In this document: one piece after another, positions 1-12,490 of the stretch | How positions within the stretch are numbered: the first letter of the stretch is position 1 | Layout: every line of letters begins with the position of its first letter | Origin: Takakia lepidozioides | Lineage: Eukaryota; Plantae; Bryophyta | Assembly (NCBI GenBank): GCA_030704615.1 | Contig: JAKLZA010000278.1 | Coordinates: 95,001 to 159,000, forward strand | DNA length: 64,000 nt | Direction of reading: 5' to 3' | Program-made: the position numbers and the translations under genes | Notes under the pieces: model-generated | Databases searched by the model: none | The model's input: only the letters and a program-made list of their open reading frames with translations | Told to the model about the DNA's origin: nothing

Positions 1-240
1 GGGTTACAAAGGGTCACAGAGGGTTACATAGGTTACAAAGGGTTACAGAGGGTTGCATGGAGTGAGGGTTACATAGGGGTGAGGGTGACACTTTGCGGTG
101 TTACAGAGGGTTACAGAGGGTTACATGGTGGTGAGGGTTACAAAGGGTTATAAGGTGGTGAGGGTTACACCTGGTGAGGGTTACAGAGGGTTACAGAGGG
201 TTACATGGAGTGAGGGTTACATAGGGATGAGGGTGACACT
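1..240. repeat. Degenerate tandem repeat of GGGTTACA(GA)-type units, probably left subterminal region of the CACTA element
   Basis: Many imperfect gggttaca copies, immediately followed by GCGAC/GTCGC motifs like those at the CACTA right end. Confidence 0.7.
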
Positions 241-259
241 CTGCGGTGTTATAGAGGGC

Positions 260-410
260 ATCGCGGGTTGCGACCCCCGGACTAAAAAACACGTCGCAGG
301 GGGCGTCGGGCGTTGCTGCCCGCAAATAGGGTTTGCGACGCCCGACCGTCGCTTCTTGCAACCCCGCCCAAAAAACATGTCGCCCTTGGCAACGTGCTGC
401 AGTCGCGAGG
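260..410. repeat. GCGAC/GTCGC subterminal repeat cluster
   Basis: Repeated tgcgac/gtcgca in both orientations, same motif as 16700-17230. Confidence 0.7.
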
Positions 411-679
411 GCAGCCTGGTGGGGGGGGGGTTGGGGGTTATTTTGGGGGTGAATTGGGGTGGTTTTTTGTTTTTTCCCGGTTTTGTATTTGGGGATGGGA
501 GAACTTACAGTTCCATTTCTCTGAGTTAGCAGGTACACAATTGAGCAAGCATGAATCGAGGGTGAGGACGGTGCGACATATGAATAAGATGGAAGATGGA
601 AAGATGGAAAATATTTACAAGACATGAGCTGAAAAGCTCACAAGGGTTTAGTAGACTGACTCTGGGACCTACATGGACT

Positions 680-2815
680 AGGACTAGTCATCCTCATCCT
701 CAACCTCAGTGGAGGACTCAGAGCTATCCGATGAGCCTGATGACTCCGCGCCCTTTGCCAGAGCACGTAAATGAGGCGGCGTTCCCCTAAGTCCCATAGA
801 GCTCTCATCCAATCCCTAGGCATGACCCTCGACCTCATCCATACTAGTGCCCTGTAGTGCACTCATCCCCTCTGTGTTGGCCATGTTCTTCATGAGGGAT
901 TGCCAACCATGCTCCTTGGCGTAGTTGTACTCTACCGGAGATGGCTTCCTCTCAAACGCACGTTGCTACACATGCCACAAATTAAAGTCAGTTCTTCGCG
1001 ATGATGGATCAGAAAGAAGACATAACAAAATCCATAGGGAAATACGACTTACAAATCGCAAGATAAAACCCTTGGATCCGTCGACGCCCCACTTGTGTGT
1101 GGATTCGTGCTTGTCAAGGCGGACTGTTGTTGCTTCGCGTGCCCGGTCAAATTTGGCCTTGTTTGCGGCATCAGTCTCTCCCGCAATGAGTGCATCCCAC
1201 GATACCTATGCACCCCCCCCCCCCCCCCCCAACAATTAGTGAATTACACACATACGTTGCATCGAATCCACCTCATTAATGCACATGCGACAAATGGAAG
1301 GTGACATGATTCAGGATTTGCCAACTTGTGTAATTCCATAAGGTGGTTTGGGTATGGCCCCCTTTTCCATTGCCCTCCGAATGATCTGTCTGGCACGGTA
1401 CCTCCTATCCTTCAAGTTTCGCCCCACCATCTCCATCACCCTTGTGTCACTCCAATTGCCCGAAAACCGGCGGTCTAATTCACGGGCATACGTCCGCTTC
1501 GCACCAAAGTGCTGATCAGCCCACTCGATGTGCAAAGGGAACCACCTCAATGCGAGTTCGAAGGTTGGCTTCTTCATAGCCTCAAGGCCATCCCACCCTC
1601 TCCTTTCTTTGTAGCCTCCTTCCCCTGCTCCTTTGTTACCCCACTGCCCTCCCCCGCATGCACACTCACCCCTTCCTCTCCATGGGACTTCTTTTTCTTC
1701 TTTTCTTTTCTTCCCCTTCCCCGCTACTTCCTCTCTCTCCTTCTCCCCTCCCTTCTCTCTCTCCTCGGCAGCCCCTTCATTGATGGTAAAAGGGATCTCG
1801 GGAGATCGAGGCCTCTTCTTCTTACCTTTGGTGTTCGGGTCCTTCATGAACACCACGTGCTCCCTCGTTGGCAACCCCACGGGACTGCACCAATGAGGCC
1901 AGCCACATTGCTGCCTCTTGAGACAAATAACCCCTCCAAATTCAAAAAAAGAAACAAACAACAAAGAAAATCATGCATGCAAAGGAAAGGATAAATCATG
2001 GAACAAGGTGCGACAGTTGTACCTTTGCAAGCTTGTCTGACTCGCCCATGGTGTCACCCGATGTGGGAGGAGTCCCCGTTTCCGGATGTGCCTGCTCTAT
2101 CCCCTCCTGGAGCGCCACTGGAAGTAGATTCCAGATGTGGATCATAGCCGGCGGCGGCGCCCCGTAGTCCAGGCCCTTCTTTGCTGACCGCTCAGGCTCA
2201 GGGGGTGGTGTCGCTGATCGGCTAGGCTGCTCCGAACCGGCCCATACCTCCTCCTCTCCCCACCCCCCCCCCCCCCCAAATGCGTATCAAGGTAGAAACC
2301 CTCACCCGGCTTGACTTCTTCAGGCGCTTCGCTATCTTGGCCACTTCATTGGCCCCTCGTCTCCTCCTCCCTCATCGACAACAATGGGCTGGCAATGGAG
2401 GCTTTCAAAGGCCCTTGAACCTGACGTTGGGCCTTGGCAAGTGCAGCCTTTGCTGCGGAGGAAGGGGTCGCTATGGGGGAAAGGTGCCCATACCGGGCCC
2501 CCGAACGGGTGATGTGCTTGCCAAGGTACATTTCACCCGTCTTGGTGGCCGGGGGTGTGCTCAACTGAGCATCCGGCTCAGCAACAACCTCCCGAATAGG
2601 AGAGCTGGCTGAGCCGGCCCCTGGCGCATCCAAGATGTGGACAAGAGGGGGGGGGGGTACTGGCCTCGGGGGGCCAGACGAGCCCTCTGGTTGCGGCTGT
2701 CGACGGGGCTGGTTAGCCGTGAGACGCCCTGGCGTGTCACACGTGCCGGCAGAGCAAACGGATTGTCCGCCCCTTTCTTTGGGGCAGGGGACTTCTCTTC
2801 CCCATAAGCTGGCAC
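680..2815 (-). CDS. CACTA TnpA/Ptta-like (Transposase_24-like) multi-exon gene; probable upstream exons at ~9784-10090
   Basis: Spliced reading ...WSDTRVMEMVGRNLKDRRYRAR...KPPYGITQ|VSWDALI...HESTHKWGVDGSKG...RAFERKPSPVEY resembles Ptta/En-Spm ORF2; GT-AG borders; stops/frameshifts present. Confidence 0.55.
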
Positions 2816-4749
2816 CTGTCATGCAAACCCACAAGTTGGCCTCATTAGGAACATTCCAGATCAAAAACAAAAAACACCAAGCATGTCGGGGGCTGACGAG
2901 GGGGGCAACAAATAGAAAGAAAAAGGGGGGGGGGCGGGGGGCAGTGACTGAGCACCACGGGCTCAGTCCCCCCCTCTCCCATTTTATTTTTTTTGGTTTC
3001 CTAATCTCTCCCTCTCTCTCTCCCTCTCTCTCCCTCTCTCCTCTCCCTCTATAACTTTTTGGATTTCATTTGGCCCTGATATTTACTATTTGCTTCTTTC
3101 ATCTAAACTGGATGAAATACATGAATAATGGTGACCTATTCTAAAAATCCAAGAGGTAGTAATTTGTACCATCATAAATGATGGTAGTTACTAAACCTAA
3201 GCCTATACCGTAACCCTAAGATACCTTTTTATGGGATATCATCCATTAACAAAGTGCATCTCTTTAAAATGTGATTTTTCATCCACCCTGGATGAGAAAT
3301 CGGGAAGTTGTGCCCTAAACGGGCCGACATATTTCACAACACAGAACTCGTGCTTCTATGATCCTTGATGATGCGCCGTGTAAACCTGCTCCCTTGCGGC
3401 TACATGGTACTCGTGATGGCTGGCTTTTGGGATGCGCATTGGCAGATAGACAGATTTCTCTGGCAGTCGACAATGCAGTGATCGCTCTGCTCAGAAATTA
3501 TGATTCTGTTAAATTCGCAGCGGCGCTCTTACTCCTCGTTGGGAAGTACTCCACCCCTACTTAGCCACAGATTACATGTTGCTCTCTTTCTGTATGAGCT
3601 ACTCTCTATATGTGAACACTTCTACTTTGATTGCGTTCTGCTGGAGACATCTACTGAACGCCATGGCGCAAGGCATACCACAAACATTCAAGGTTTTTTT
3701 TTTTGAGTGTACCCTTGCTTGGATTACGATTTGTACATGCTTTAGAATTCAACACTGACATGGATAGCAACTGAAAAACCTGCCACTCACCTGATGCATC
3801 CTCACTAACACACATCTATGTGGTGGTTTTTGGGACGGGCACAGGTGAGGGTTTTCACTTGTCTTGAATTATTGAAGCCTGCAGAGTCTGATTCATGCAT
3901 AAGGGATTGCTGCTACCGCCTGAAGCTGCTGATACCAACTGTTGTTTCAAATCTGCCATCTTGCTGCCTCAAATCGGCTTCAAGTCTGCTCTAATGAGGA
4001 TCACCTTCTTACTCCTTATCCCTGTTTTTGGTTCTTGATAACCACTTCTATATGTTTTGGAGTTAAGACACACAAAAGACTTCATAGAAAACAAAATCTC
4101 TGTTGAAGGCTCTGGCTGTTTTCAACAAAGGTACATGGCTGCGGCTATAGCTCTGGCAGCATGGAAACCAAGCTCTGAAATGAAACACCATGGCCTGGCT
4201 CTGATGGATCAGAAGATAGACCTTGTGATAACAAACATTCTTCAAGGCTCTTATATCACCACTATTTCATTACATGATAGGGGACAATGGTTTCTGAGTT
4301 CATTTCTTTAACTAGCAGAGCTTGTTATGAGGCCCTGGAATACCACTCCAGGCCCATATCTACTTGAGGGTACTCAGCCCTATGTTTTGTTTTGTTAGAA
4401 ATCTGGCTTATGACTTGGCACTGAAGCACCTTCAGACCTGGCCCCATCAGTATTTTGGTTTTCAAGAACTACTTGCTGGTAGATGTTGTGCGCTTCCTAC
4501 CTATACTATGGCAGAGTTTTGATCTTGAAGTCCTGGAATAACTATCCAGGCTTACATATGCCTGAAAAAACTCAGCCCCGCTTCTACTTTATGAATCTTG
4601 CATGTGTCTTGGCACTGACAGATCAGTTTCACGCCTACACAGGATGTTGTTTTAGGAAGATGAATGGCTCAAGAACTAGATTATGTAAGGCTTGACCCGT
4701 GTCAACAACAAAAAATGAATGCTTTATGTCAACTTATGGGGCTTTCAGG

Positions 4750-5880
4750 ATATGAATGACCAGGAATCCCGCCCTCCCACCCTGTTTTTTCAGATACCCT
4801 GAAAAGTTATAAGATGTTCAAATGAGTTGGTAAAAGGGGTTGTTAGATGATGCCCTATAAAGGGTTGCTTTGTCTTTCAATGACAATGACCTTAGTGGTC
4901 TTGTCCATGTCTTGACATGACATGTATATCTTCTCTCCCTCCCTCTTTTTTTTTGCTGTTCACAAAAGTAAACAAACCACAAGGGAGACAGGGTGCAGAA
5001 AAAGTTAAAAGATTGTACTCATAAGACGTTGTTTGCCATAGCCTTGTGGCCATTGACCCCGCGCCCAGTTTGAGCGGAAACAAAAGGGACAGAACCTGCC
5101 TCTGTCAAGGGCTGACGTTGGTAGTAAGACTTACCTTCATATATAGAATTAATCTGGGTTTTCCAGATATCCTCTAGAAATCCCTTCACACAAGCATCAA
5201 ACTGTTGTGTGTGATTTGCCCAATAACTAGGCCTCAGGAGGGCCTGGCTTTTGGCTCAGCCTTGAGACTTTCAAAGTTGGTAAACAGAGGTACAGGCACA
5301 AACCTCGGACAGTGTATCAGAAAACGTGTACTGTCTTCAGATTGCCCACAAACGGGCAATTGCACTCTCCCTTTCCTCTCTGCTTCTGTTTGCTGGCTTC
5401 CTGCCCTGAGTTTAAATTTCAGTCTAGTGCCGAGAGTGGGTAGACCCTTGAGGTCATCCAAGATGTCCTCCCCCATGACACTGACTGGAAACAAGTTCAG
5501 GGAAGTTTTTTGCCTAACTTCATTTTCATCAGACAATCTCATGGCAACAGACATGGGTTTGGACACTACAGCCTCTAAGTCAGATTTATCAACCCATATT
5601 GCATATCCGTACTCCAAGGCAGGTCTAATAATGCGACAAAGCATGGTTTTCTTAACCTCAGAGTTGACCCCTCTGCAGAAAAAGTTAAAAAGAGAGAGGG
5701 AAGATATTCACGTCATGTCAAGACATGGACAAGACCCATAAGGGTCATTGTCAATTAAAGACATAAACAGCCTGGATAGGGCACTATCTCACATTTCCAG
5801 TCTTGTCAAATCATCCCAAAAGACACCACCCAATTATCCAAGACAAAACAGGGTGGGAGGGCGGGGTTTGTTCTTGTGTG
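4750..5880. repeat. ~190-bp inverted repeat pair (4750-4950 / 5690-5880)
   Basis: Same peptide REDIHVMSRHGQD appears on both strands; cccgccctcccaccctgtttt vs aaaacagggtgggagggcggg. Confidence 0.8.
5011..5673 (-). mobile_element. 5'-truncated LINE insertion with 17-bp TSD
   Basis: TGCAGAAAAAGTTAAAA at 4994-5010 and 5674-5690; RT C-terminal RIIRPALEYG..IW and zinc-knuckle (C..CGQSED..(H)FLIHC) remnants. Confidence 0.85.
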
Positions 5881-7919
5881 GGACAAGATAAGATATTGTT
5901 GTCCATGTGCATGCTGCAAGGCCTCTTGGTTCAGCCTGTACATATACCAGCAGCTTACCAATTCAGCCATAATTATGGCATGTCATGCATCAGCCAAGGC
6001 AAAAGGACCAGCCTGCATTTTGTCAGAATCTCAGTATCCCACCAAGCAGTCCAACTTGATCCAGATGAAGTAGATTTCATATCATTTGTATTCACCCCGA
6101 GACATGTGATCATACAAGGTATCAAGGGAATGTGAATGCAGCCTATCAGATTGCAGGTTCAAGACTTGTACCAACAAACAACATGAACAGCCGAGATCCA
6201 GCCTCTTTTGTATAAAAAATAGATGGTAGGTCATAGGCCTGATGTCATGACAGATCCAAAACAGTAGGTAGGATTCCATTGCAGCTTACCATCCTCATCC
6301 TTCAAGAATTCCATGCTAAAGACATGCAAAAAACACCTTACTACGATCCAGTACACATCAGAAATGGGCCTCACAAGGAGCAGGGCAGTACCCTACCAGG
6401 CTGCCGCTAAAACTTCAAGGCCATCAGATCCATAGTTACCCAAAACCGCCAAAAACATACCACCAAAAACCAGATCCTTTGGCCAAAATAACTTACAACC
6501 TAGCCTAGTAATCCACAGGCTGTGCTGTCAAAGATTAAAAAGTAGGGTATAGTTTGTATGCAAGCCTCAGGAAACAAGCCCGTCAGGCCGAGCTGCGCAT
6601 CGGTGGCAGAACGACAAAGGCCAGAACGCAGGTTGGAGCATATCAAGTCAAGGGCAGCTGGGTTGAAATCGGGGCTGCAGCCAGCAACCACCTCATAGCG
6701 CGCACAACCCTAGGTCTCCTCAGCCCATATCCCAATCTGCATGCTCAAGAAACTTCAAAGTAGGTGAGGATCCTCACCTGGTCCCATCACAAGCCCCCAC
6801 AAAAACCAATAGGTTAGTGAGGATTGTGGAACCCCAGGTGAATCAGAGACCCTCACACTTGTCATCGATGTCAACTAGAAACTCAAAAGCAAGAGAAAGA
6901 GATAAGAACATGAGAATCCCTAAACTCCAAAGGCATCTTAAGCGATTGGGGAAGAGGGTTATGCGCCATCACCACCCGCAACAAGCCGCCTCCACAAAGC
7001 ACATAAGCAATGAAGCAAGCAGGCACAAACGCAAGGCACTAGAAAAGAGGGAGAGAACTTCCCATCATAAGCATCCTTGCTAAGCACAGAAAAAGCCAGA
7101 GGAGGGAAGATGCCACTTTCATAGCGGAGTTTCCTGCTGCAAGAGAGACAAGGCGCCACCTTCGCGCCCCCCCAAGCGCTCGTCCAGCATGGGTACGACA
7201 CCACAAATGGGGCAGCCACCGAAGCACGCCCGCCATAACATTCTTCTCGCGAGCTCAGAAGCACATCGCGTGCTTCTGACAGCGGGAGAGACGACATAGG
7301 GTTGTCCCCCGATTTTTCATCGTGGATGAAAAATGGTAGGACCCTAACGGATTTCATCCGTAGCAAGATAAAAAATAGGTTTTGGGGTAGGGGTTAGGGT
7401 TTCCACCGTAATTAATCATAATTAGGGGTAGTAAAGATCAATTCCAGGTCATAATCACATCACCCATAGACAGCTCACTGTGTCAGGATGAAAAAGTAGG
7501 GAATATCATCCGTGGCAGCGCCTTACCTCCATCTAGGTAATTCTATCATTCCTTTCCAGACCATCCGGTATGGATAACAAGAGTCAATAAAAGAGGAATG
7601 AAAAATTATCACCTTGGTAGTTTTTCATCCGGTACGGATGGAAAAACAGGATGCTGTTGGCAACCTCCATAGAGGTAATTTTTCTTCCATGGTGACTCAA
7701 CCGTAATGGATGAGAGTCAATAGAGGGAATGAAAAGGCCAAAAGAACCATCCTAGAGGTAATTCAGTGTCCATCCTGGTGGCTCATCCGGTATGGATGAA
7801 AAAAGCCTGATAGAGGAACAAAAAATCCACACTGATAGCAAACTGCCAATTCCCAGTAGAGGGAGACAGAAGGAGAGAGGGGGCAACAATGAAAAAAATG
7901 GGTTGGGGGGGGGGGGGGG

Positions 7920-9774
7920 GGGTCAGATGGTGGGGTCAACTGCAGCATATGTCCAACACCAGATATCCTAAGTTAATCGACTCTATATCTTGGAAACAGG
8001 ACCGCCCACCGACCTGTCAAACAGGCTAAGTCTGGCAGAAGACAGTAGAAGAGATTCTCAAGGACCTGGAACCGCAAGTCTTCACCCTGCTGGATAAATC
8101 TGACTTAGAGGTTGTAGTGTCCAACCATGTCTGTTGCCATGAGATTGTCTGATGAAATGAAGTTAGGCAAAAAACTTCCCTGAACTTGTTTCCAGTCAGT
8201 GACATGGGGGAGGACATCTTGGATGACCTCAAGGGTCTACCCACTCTTGGCACTAGACTGAAATTTAAACTCAGGGCAGGAAGCCTACCTTTGAACAACA
8301 AACAGAAGCAAAAAGGAAAGGGAGAGTGCAATTGCCCGTTGTGTGGGCAATCTGAAGACAATACTCATTTTCTGATACACTGTCCGGGGTTCTCTCACCA
8401 AAGAGACGCTCTCTCTTCAAATCTATCAAGGGAATTGTGCATGTACCTCTGTTTACTAACTTTGAAAGTCTCGAAGCTGAGCCAAAAGCCCAGCCCCTTC
8501 TGAGGCCTAGTTTTTGGGCATCTCACACACAACAGATTGATGCTTGTGTGAAGGGATTTGTAGAGGATATCTGGAAAACCCGGATTAATTCTATATGTGA
8601 AGGTAAGTCTTACTACCAACGTCAGCCCCTGACAGAGGTAGGATCTGTCCTTTTGTTTCCCCAAGAGAGGGGGCAACAAAGAAAAACAGAGAATGTGGGG
8701 GGGAGGGAGTGACTGAGCAGCAACAGCTCCTTCTGTGCTGCTCTCTTTTAAGCCCCCCATTTATGGTGGGTTCAGCTGCAACATATGTCAACACCAGATA
8801 TCTTCAATTAATCGACTCTATATCTTGGAAACAGGACCGCCCACCGACCTGTCAAAAGGCTGAGTCCTGGTAGAAGACAGTAGAAGAGATTCTCAAGGAC
8901 CTGGACCTGGAACCACAAGTCTTCACCCTGCTGGATAAATCTGACTTAGAGGTTGTTGTGTCCAACCATGTCTGTGGGCAACCTGAAGACATTATTCATT
9001 TTCTGATACACTGTCCGGGGTTTCTCACCAAAGACGCTCTCTTCAAATCTATCAAGGGAATTGTGCATGTACCTCTGTTTACTAACTTTGAAAAAGTCGA
9101 GGCTGAGCCAAAAGCCCAGCCCCTTCTGAGGCCTAGTTTTTTGGCAACTCACACACAGCAGATTGATGCTTGTGTGAAGGGATTTGTAGAGGATATCTGG
9201 AAAACCCGGATTAATTCTATATGTGAAGGTAAGTCTTACTACCAACGTCAGCCCTGACAGAGGTAGGATCTGTCCCTTTTGTTTCCCCAAGAGAGGGGGC
9301 AACAAAGAAAAATAGAGAAGGGGGGGGGGGGGGGGGGGGGCAGTGCTATAAATTCAAGGTCAGATGGGGGTTCAGCTGCAACATATGTCCAACACGGATA
9401 TCCTAAGTTAATCGACTCTATATCTTGGAAACAGGACTGCCCTGTCAAACAGGGTGAGCCCTGGGAGAAGAGAGTAAAAGAGATTCTCAAGGATCTGAAT
9501 CTGGACCCGCAAGTCTTGACCTTGCTGGATAAACCTGACTTAGAGAGTGTAGTGTCCAAAGCCATGTCTGTTACCAGAAAATTGTCCAATGAAAATGAAG
9601 TTAGGAAGAAAACTTCCCTAAACCTGTTTCCAGTCTGTGACATGGGGGAGGGCATCATGGATGCGCTCAAGGGTCTATCCCACTCTTGGCACCAGACCTA
9701 AATTTAAAGTCAGGGCAGGAAGACTACCTTTGAACATAAACAGAAGCAGAGAGGAAAGGGAGAGTGAAATTTCC
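7920..9774 (+). mobile_element. Three tandem partial copies of a LINE ORF2 3' end (same family as 5011-5673)
   Basis: LGTRLKFKLRAGSLPLN...CPLCGQSEDNTHFLIHCP CCHC knuckle; near-identical blocks at ~7920-8660, 8760-9290, 9355-9774. Confidence 0.8.
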
Positions 9775-10199
9775 CTGACGTACCTCTGCTGCTGCTGGTG
9801 CTTGAAGCGAGCTGGCGCGGCGAGCTGCTGCGGTGCTGTGCGCGGCGCGGGGTCCCACCGCTGCAAGGCGTCTCCCCCGCTCACCACGGCTCTCTCTCTC
9901 TTCAGCTCGTTAGGTCGCGCCTCTGCGCGGCGTTCCTACCACACAGGGGAGAGAGACATCAGCCCGTGCTTAGGGCAAGAAAAAAAGACAGAAAGTGAGG
10001 GAGGAGGCGGTGCTTACCTTGGGCGTTGGAGCGGGGGCAAACTCCTTGGGGCCTTGCGACCACCTCGGGCTCAGCAAGGTGCGTTTCTCCTCCACCCTAA
10101 ACCCCACTCTCTGAACTACCTCTCTCCCAAAGAACAAACGAAAAAAGGAGGGGAAAGAGATGCTTCAAGCACTTAGGGGAAAAAAAAGGGCGCGGCCCA

Positions 10200-10430
10200 C
10201 GTGCGACGCCCAGCCGTTGCACGCCTACGCCCGCCCTTTTTTTGAAATGTAAAATGAAGTTTGCGACGGCTGGCCGTCGTTTCTTGCGACCCCCCGCCAT
10301 AAATATAAAAAAAACACGTCGCCCCCCGCGACGGCTGTCCGTCGCGGGGTGTGCGACCCCAGGTAAAAAAAAAAAAAAAAACTCGTCGTCCAATGCGACG
10401 CAGGGTGTCGCAGGAGGCGACGGCCGGCCT
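10200..10430. repeat. Internal GCGAC/GTCGC repeat cluster between divergent CACTA genes
   Basis: Same motif as the terminal clusters. Confidence 0.65.
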
Positions 10431-10614
10431 TTCTGGATTTAGGGTTTAGGGCCTTTTGGGTTTCTTAGTTTTTATTTTATTTATTTTTTTTTCATATGGT
10501 ACTGGTTAGGGTGTTTGCTTTCTTTATGGTGCTGGGTTTTGGATTGGCGGTTTTGGTTGTGGGTCTTGGGGTTAAAAGGATAAACGGTGTAATTAGGATT
10601 CACATACCCAAAAT

Positions 10615-12490
10615 GTGGTTCAATCTGATAATCGCAAAGCGCTGGGTCTCAACAAATTTTTCCATAGTGTGAGCATCCTGAAGATAGAACGAGAGGAAGG
10701 ATTTATTGTCTTGGGCTCTAGCACCATAGGGATGCTCCGCCTTTGGTTACCAATTTTGAAAGCCCCGAGGCTGAGGCATAGGGTTTTTTTGCCAACGGTT
10801 TTTGAGAAATGAAAGTGTTGGTGGTGTGTGTTAATTAGGATGGGATGGTGAGGAAACATCGACCCGTCTCCCTCGAGGATGGGGAGGTAGTACCACATAT
10901 CGATTGTGGCCCTAGAGCGACCATTTTTTGTGGCGAGGAGGCACCCATTGCACCTGATCCAATACAGGCTGCCGGGCACAATCGTAGAAGGGACCGGGGC
11001 CAATTTTCAGGTGATGCGGAGGATGTTGACACTCCGGGATCGAGTCGGGCGCGCCGCGGGTTGCCCCCTCGCGGGCCACCCCGTCCAACCACGTCCACCT
11101 TTGACCCCCCCCCCCCCCCGACAGGATTGAGTGTTGGTGCACTAAGTGTTGGGAACGGATACCGCCGGGCGGCACCAGACCACCGAGGCGGCGACCGCAT
11201 GTTGTCGAAAAACATTACAAGAAAACAAGATTGCGGATGCGGCAAAGGTGAGTGTTTTTCCCACCCCTCTCATTAACATTCATTTAAGGTACATTTAGGT
11301 TTATCTAATAATATAGTATGATTGGTAAGCATACATGAATCAAAATTACGACATAAGTATTGATGCGTCGTTCACTACGCACATTGCAGCCACGACTTGA
11401 TGCCCAAGCTCGCAATCACATTGCACAGGAGGCATTTCGCGCCGGTCTACTTGCAGAATTTGTGCCAGAGCATGTGCCCGATGTGACCAGTTGGTTCCCC
11501 CAGCAGCACGTAGATGAGATGCGTAGGGTCGAGGGGTATCGTAGGTGTCGTAGGCGTTATGGCCGGCGACGAGCAGGCCCCCCCCCCCCCCCCCAGTTTC
11601 CCCCCTGATTGTGGTCCCCCGTCTGTTTTCTTTGCCTGATCCACCTCCGGTGTACCTGATCCGGACGTTGTACCCCCGGCTGCACCTCCGACATTACATC
11701 CTCAACCACCTCCACTTTCATCCTCCGCCAGCAGTACCACCTCCACCTCCACAATGTGCCCCCCGAACCCCTAGGAGGGTCGGCTTCGCCCTAGGTTTCC
11801 TCCCCTTCGGCTTGGGCGGCCTGAGCCGGATCCTCGCCCCCGATGGGAAGCGCATAGGACTATGTTACTGAGGACCGTCCAGCCTCGTTGTTGGGGGAAT
11901 CATCTCGACCCTCCCACCCCCATCCGAGAAAAATGTGGAGTTCGAGTATTGGGGGAGACGGTATGTTGTGAGAGCCGCTACAGACCTGCTATGGGTCGGG
12001 GTTTATTCACGGTCAATGATATTGTGGTTCCTCCTCGGAGAAAAGCATGGTGGACTTGTTTCCCTACTACGGTCCATACTACACCTCCGCGGAGTTCCGT
12101 ACATTACGCCTCGAAGCCCCATACATCCTACCCTACATTTTGTGTGTCAACGGACAGGATGTACGTAGACGGGGGTTGTCTCCCATTGAGATCAGATTTT
12201 GTGATGGTGACCCCGACATCTTCGGCAATGTTGCTGGGCTGGTCAATAGTTCTTTTGGTCATCCTAGGAGAACCAATGTAGTATGGGACGAGCGAAGCGA
12301 TGGGCATGAGAGCTTTTGTGGTCATACGTCAGTATACTGTGAGGGGATGCACATGTTTGTGATGACATGTGCTAGTAGGACTATTAGGGCTGGCAGCGAA
12401 CTATTTGCATCATACGAGTTCTCCGGGATGATTGGGACCTCCGATTACAGCGTGAGTGGGATGTGTATGATAGAAATAGGGTTCCTTTGA
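10615..12490 (+). CDS. CACTA-borne SET-domain gene (possible FHA-like N-terminus, Pro-rich linker, C-terminal SET); frameshifted
   Basis: Joined frames give MGRGLFTVNDI...PYYG...GNVAGLVNSS...N...ASRTIRAGSELFASY, matching SET motifs GxGLFA, GNxARFINHS, RDIxxGEELxxxY; intron ~11248-11357. Confidence 0.7.

Larger units (their letters stand above)
3095..7805. repeat. Two clusters (3095-3300, 7310-7805) of TTTCATCC-n-GGATGAAA palindromes, probable subterminal repeats of a non-autonomous DNA transposon
   Basis: e.g. tttttcatccaccctggatgagaaa, tttttcatccggtacggatggaaaaa, ctcatccggtatggatgaaaaaa. Confidence 0.5.
2899..9774. mobile_element. Composite insertion block inside an intron of the TnpA-like gene
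   Basis: Flanked by direct repeat CTGACG (2893-2898, 9775-9780); the right copy abuts the minus-strand splice donor; contains LINE pieces and CATCC/GGATG palindromes. Confidence 0.45.

Noticed and set aside
1-240. True telomere / interstitial telomeric array
   Set aside because: Unit is GGGTTACA-like and degenerate, not TTTAGGG; adjoins CACTA subterminal motifs
6290-6400. Possible exon 2 of the HNH gene (RPISDVYW...MEFLK)
   Set aside because: Spacing and residues do not fit RPVNVVCWKRAICLE; likely coincidence
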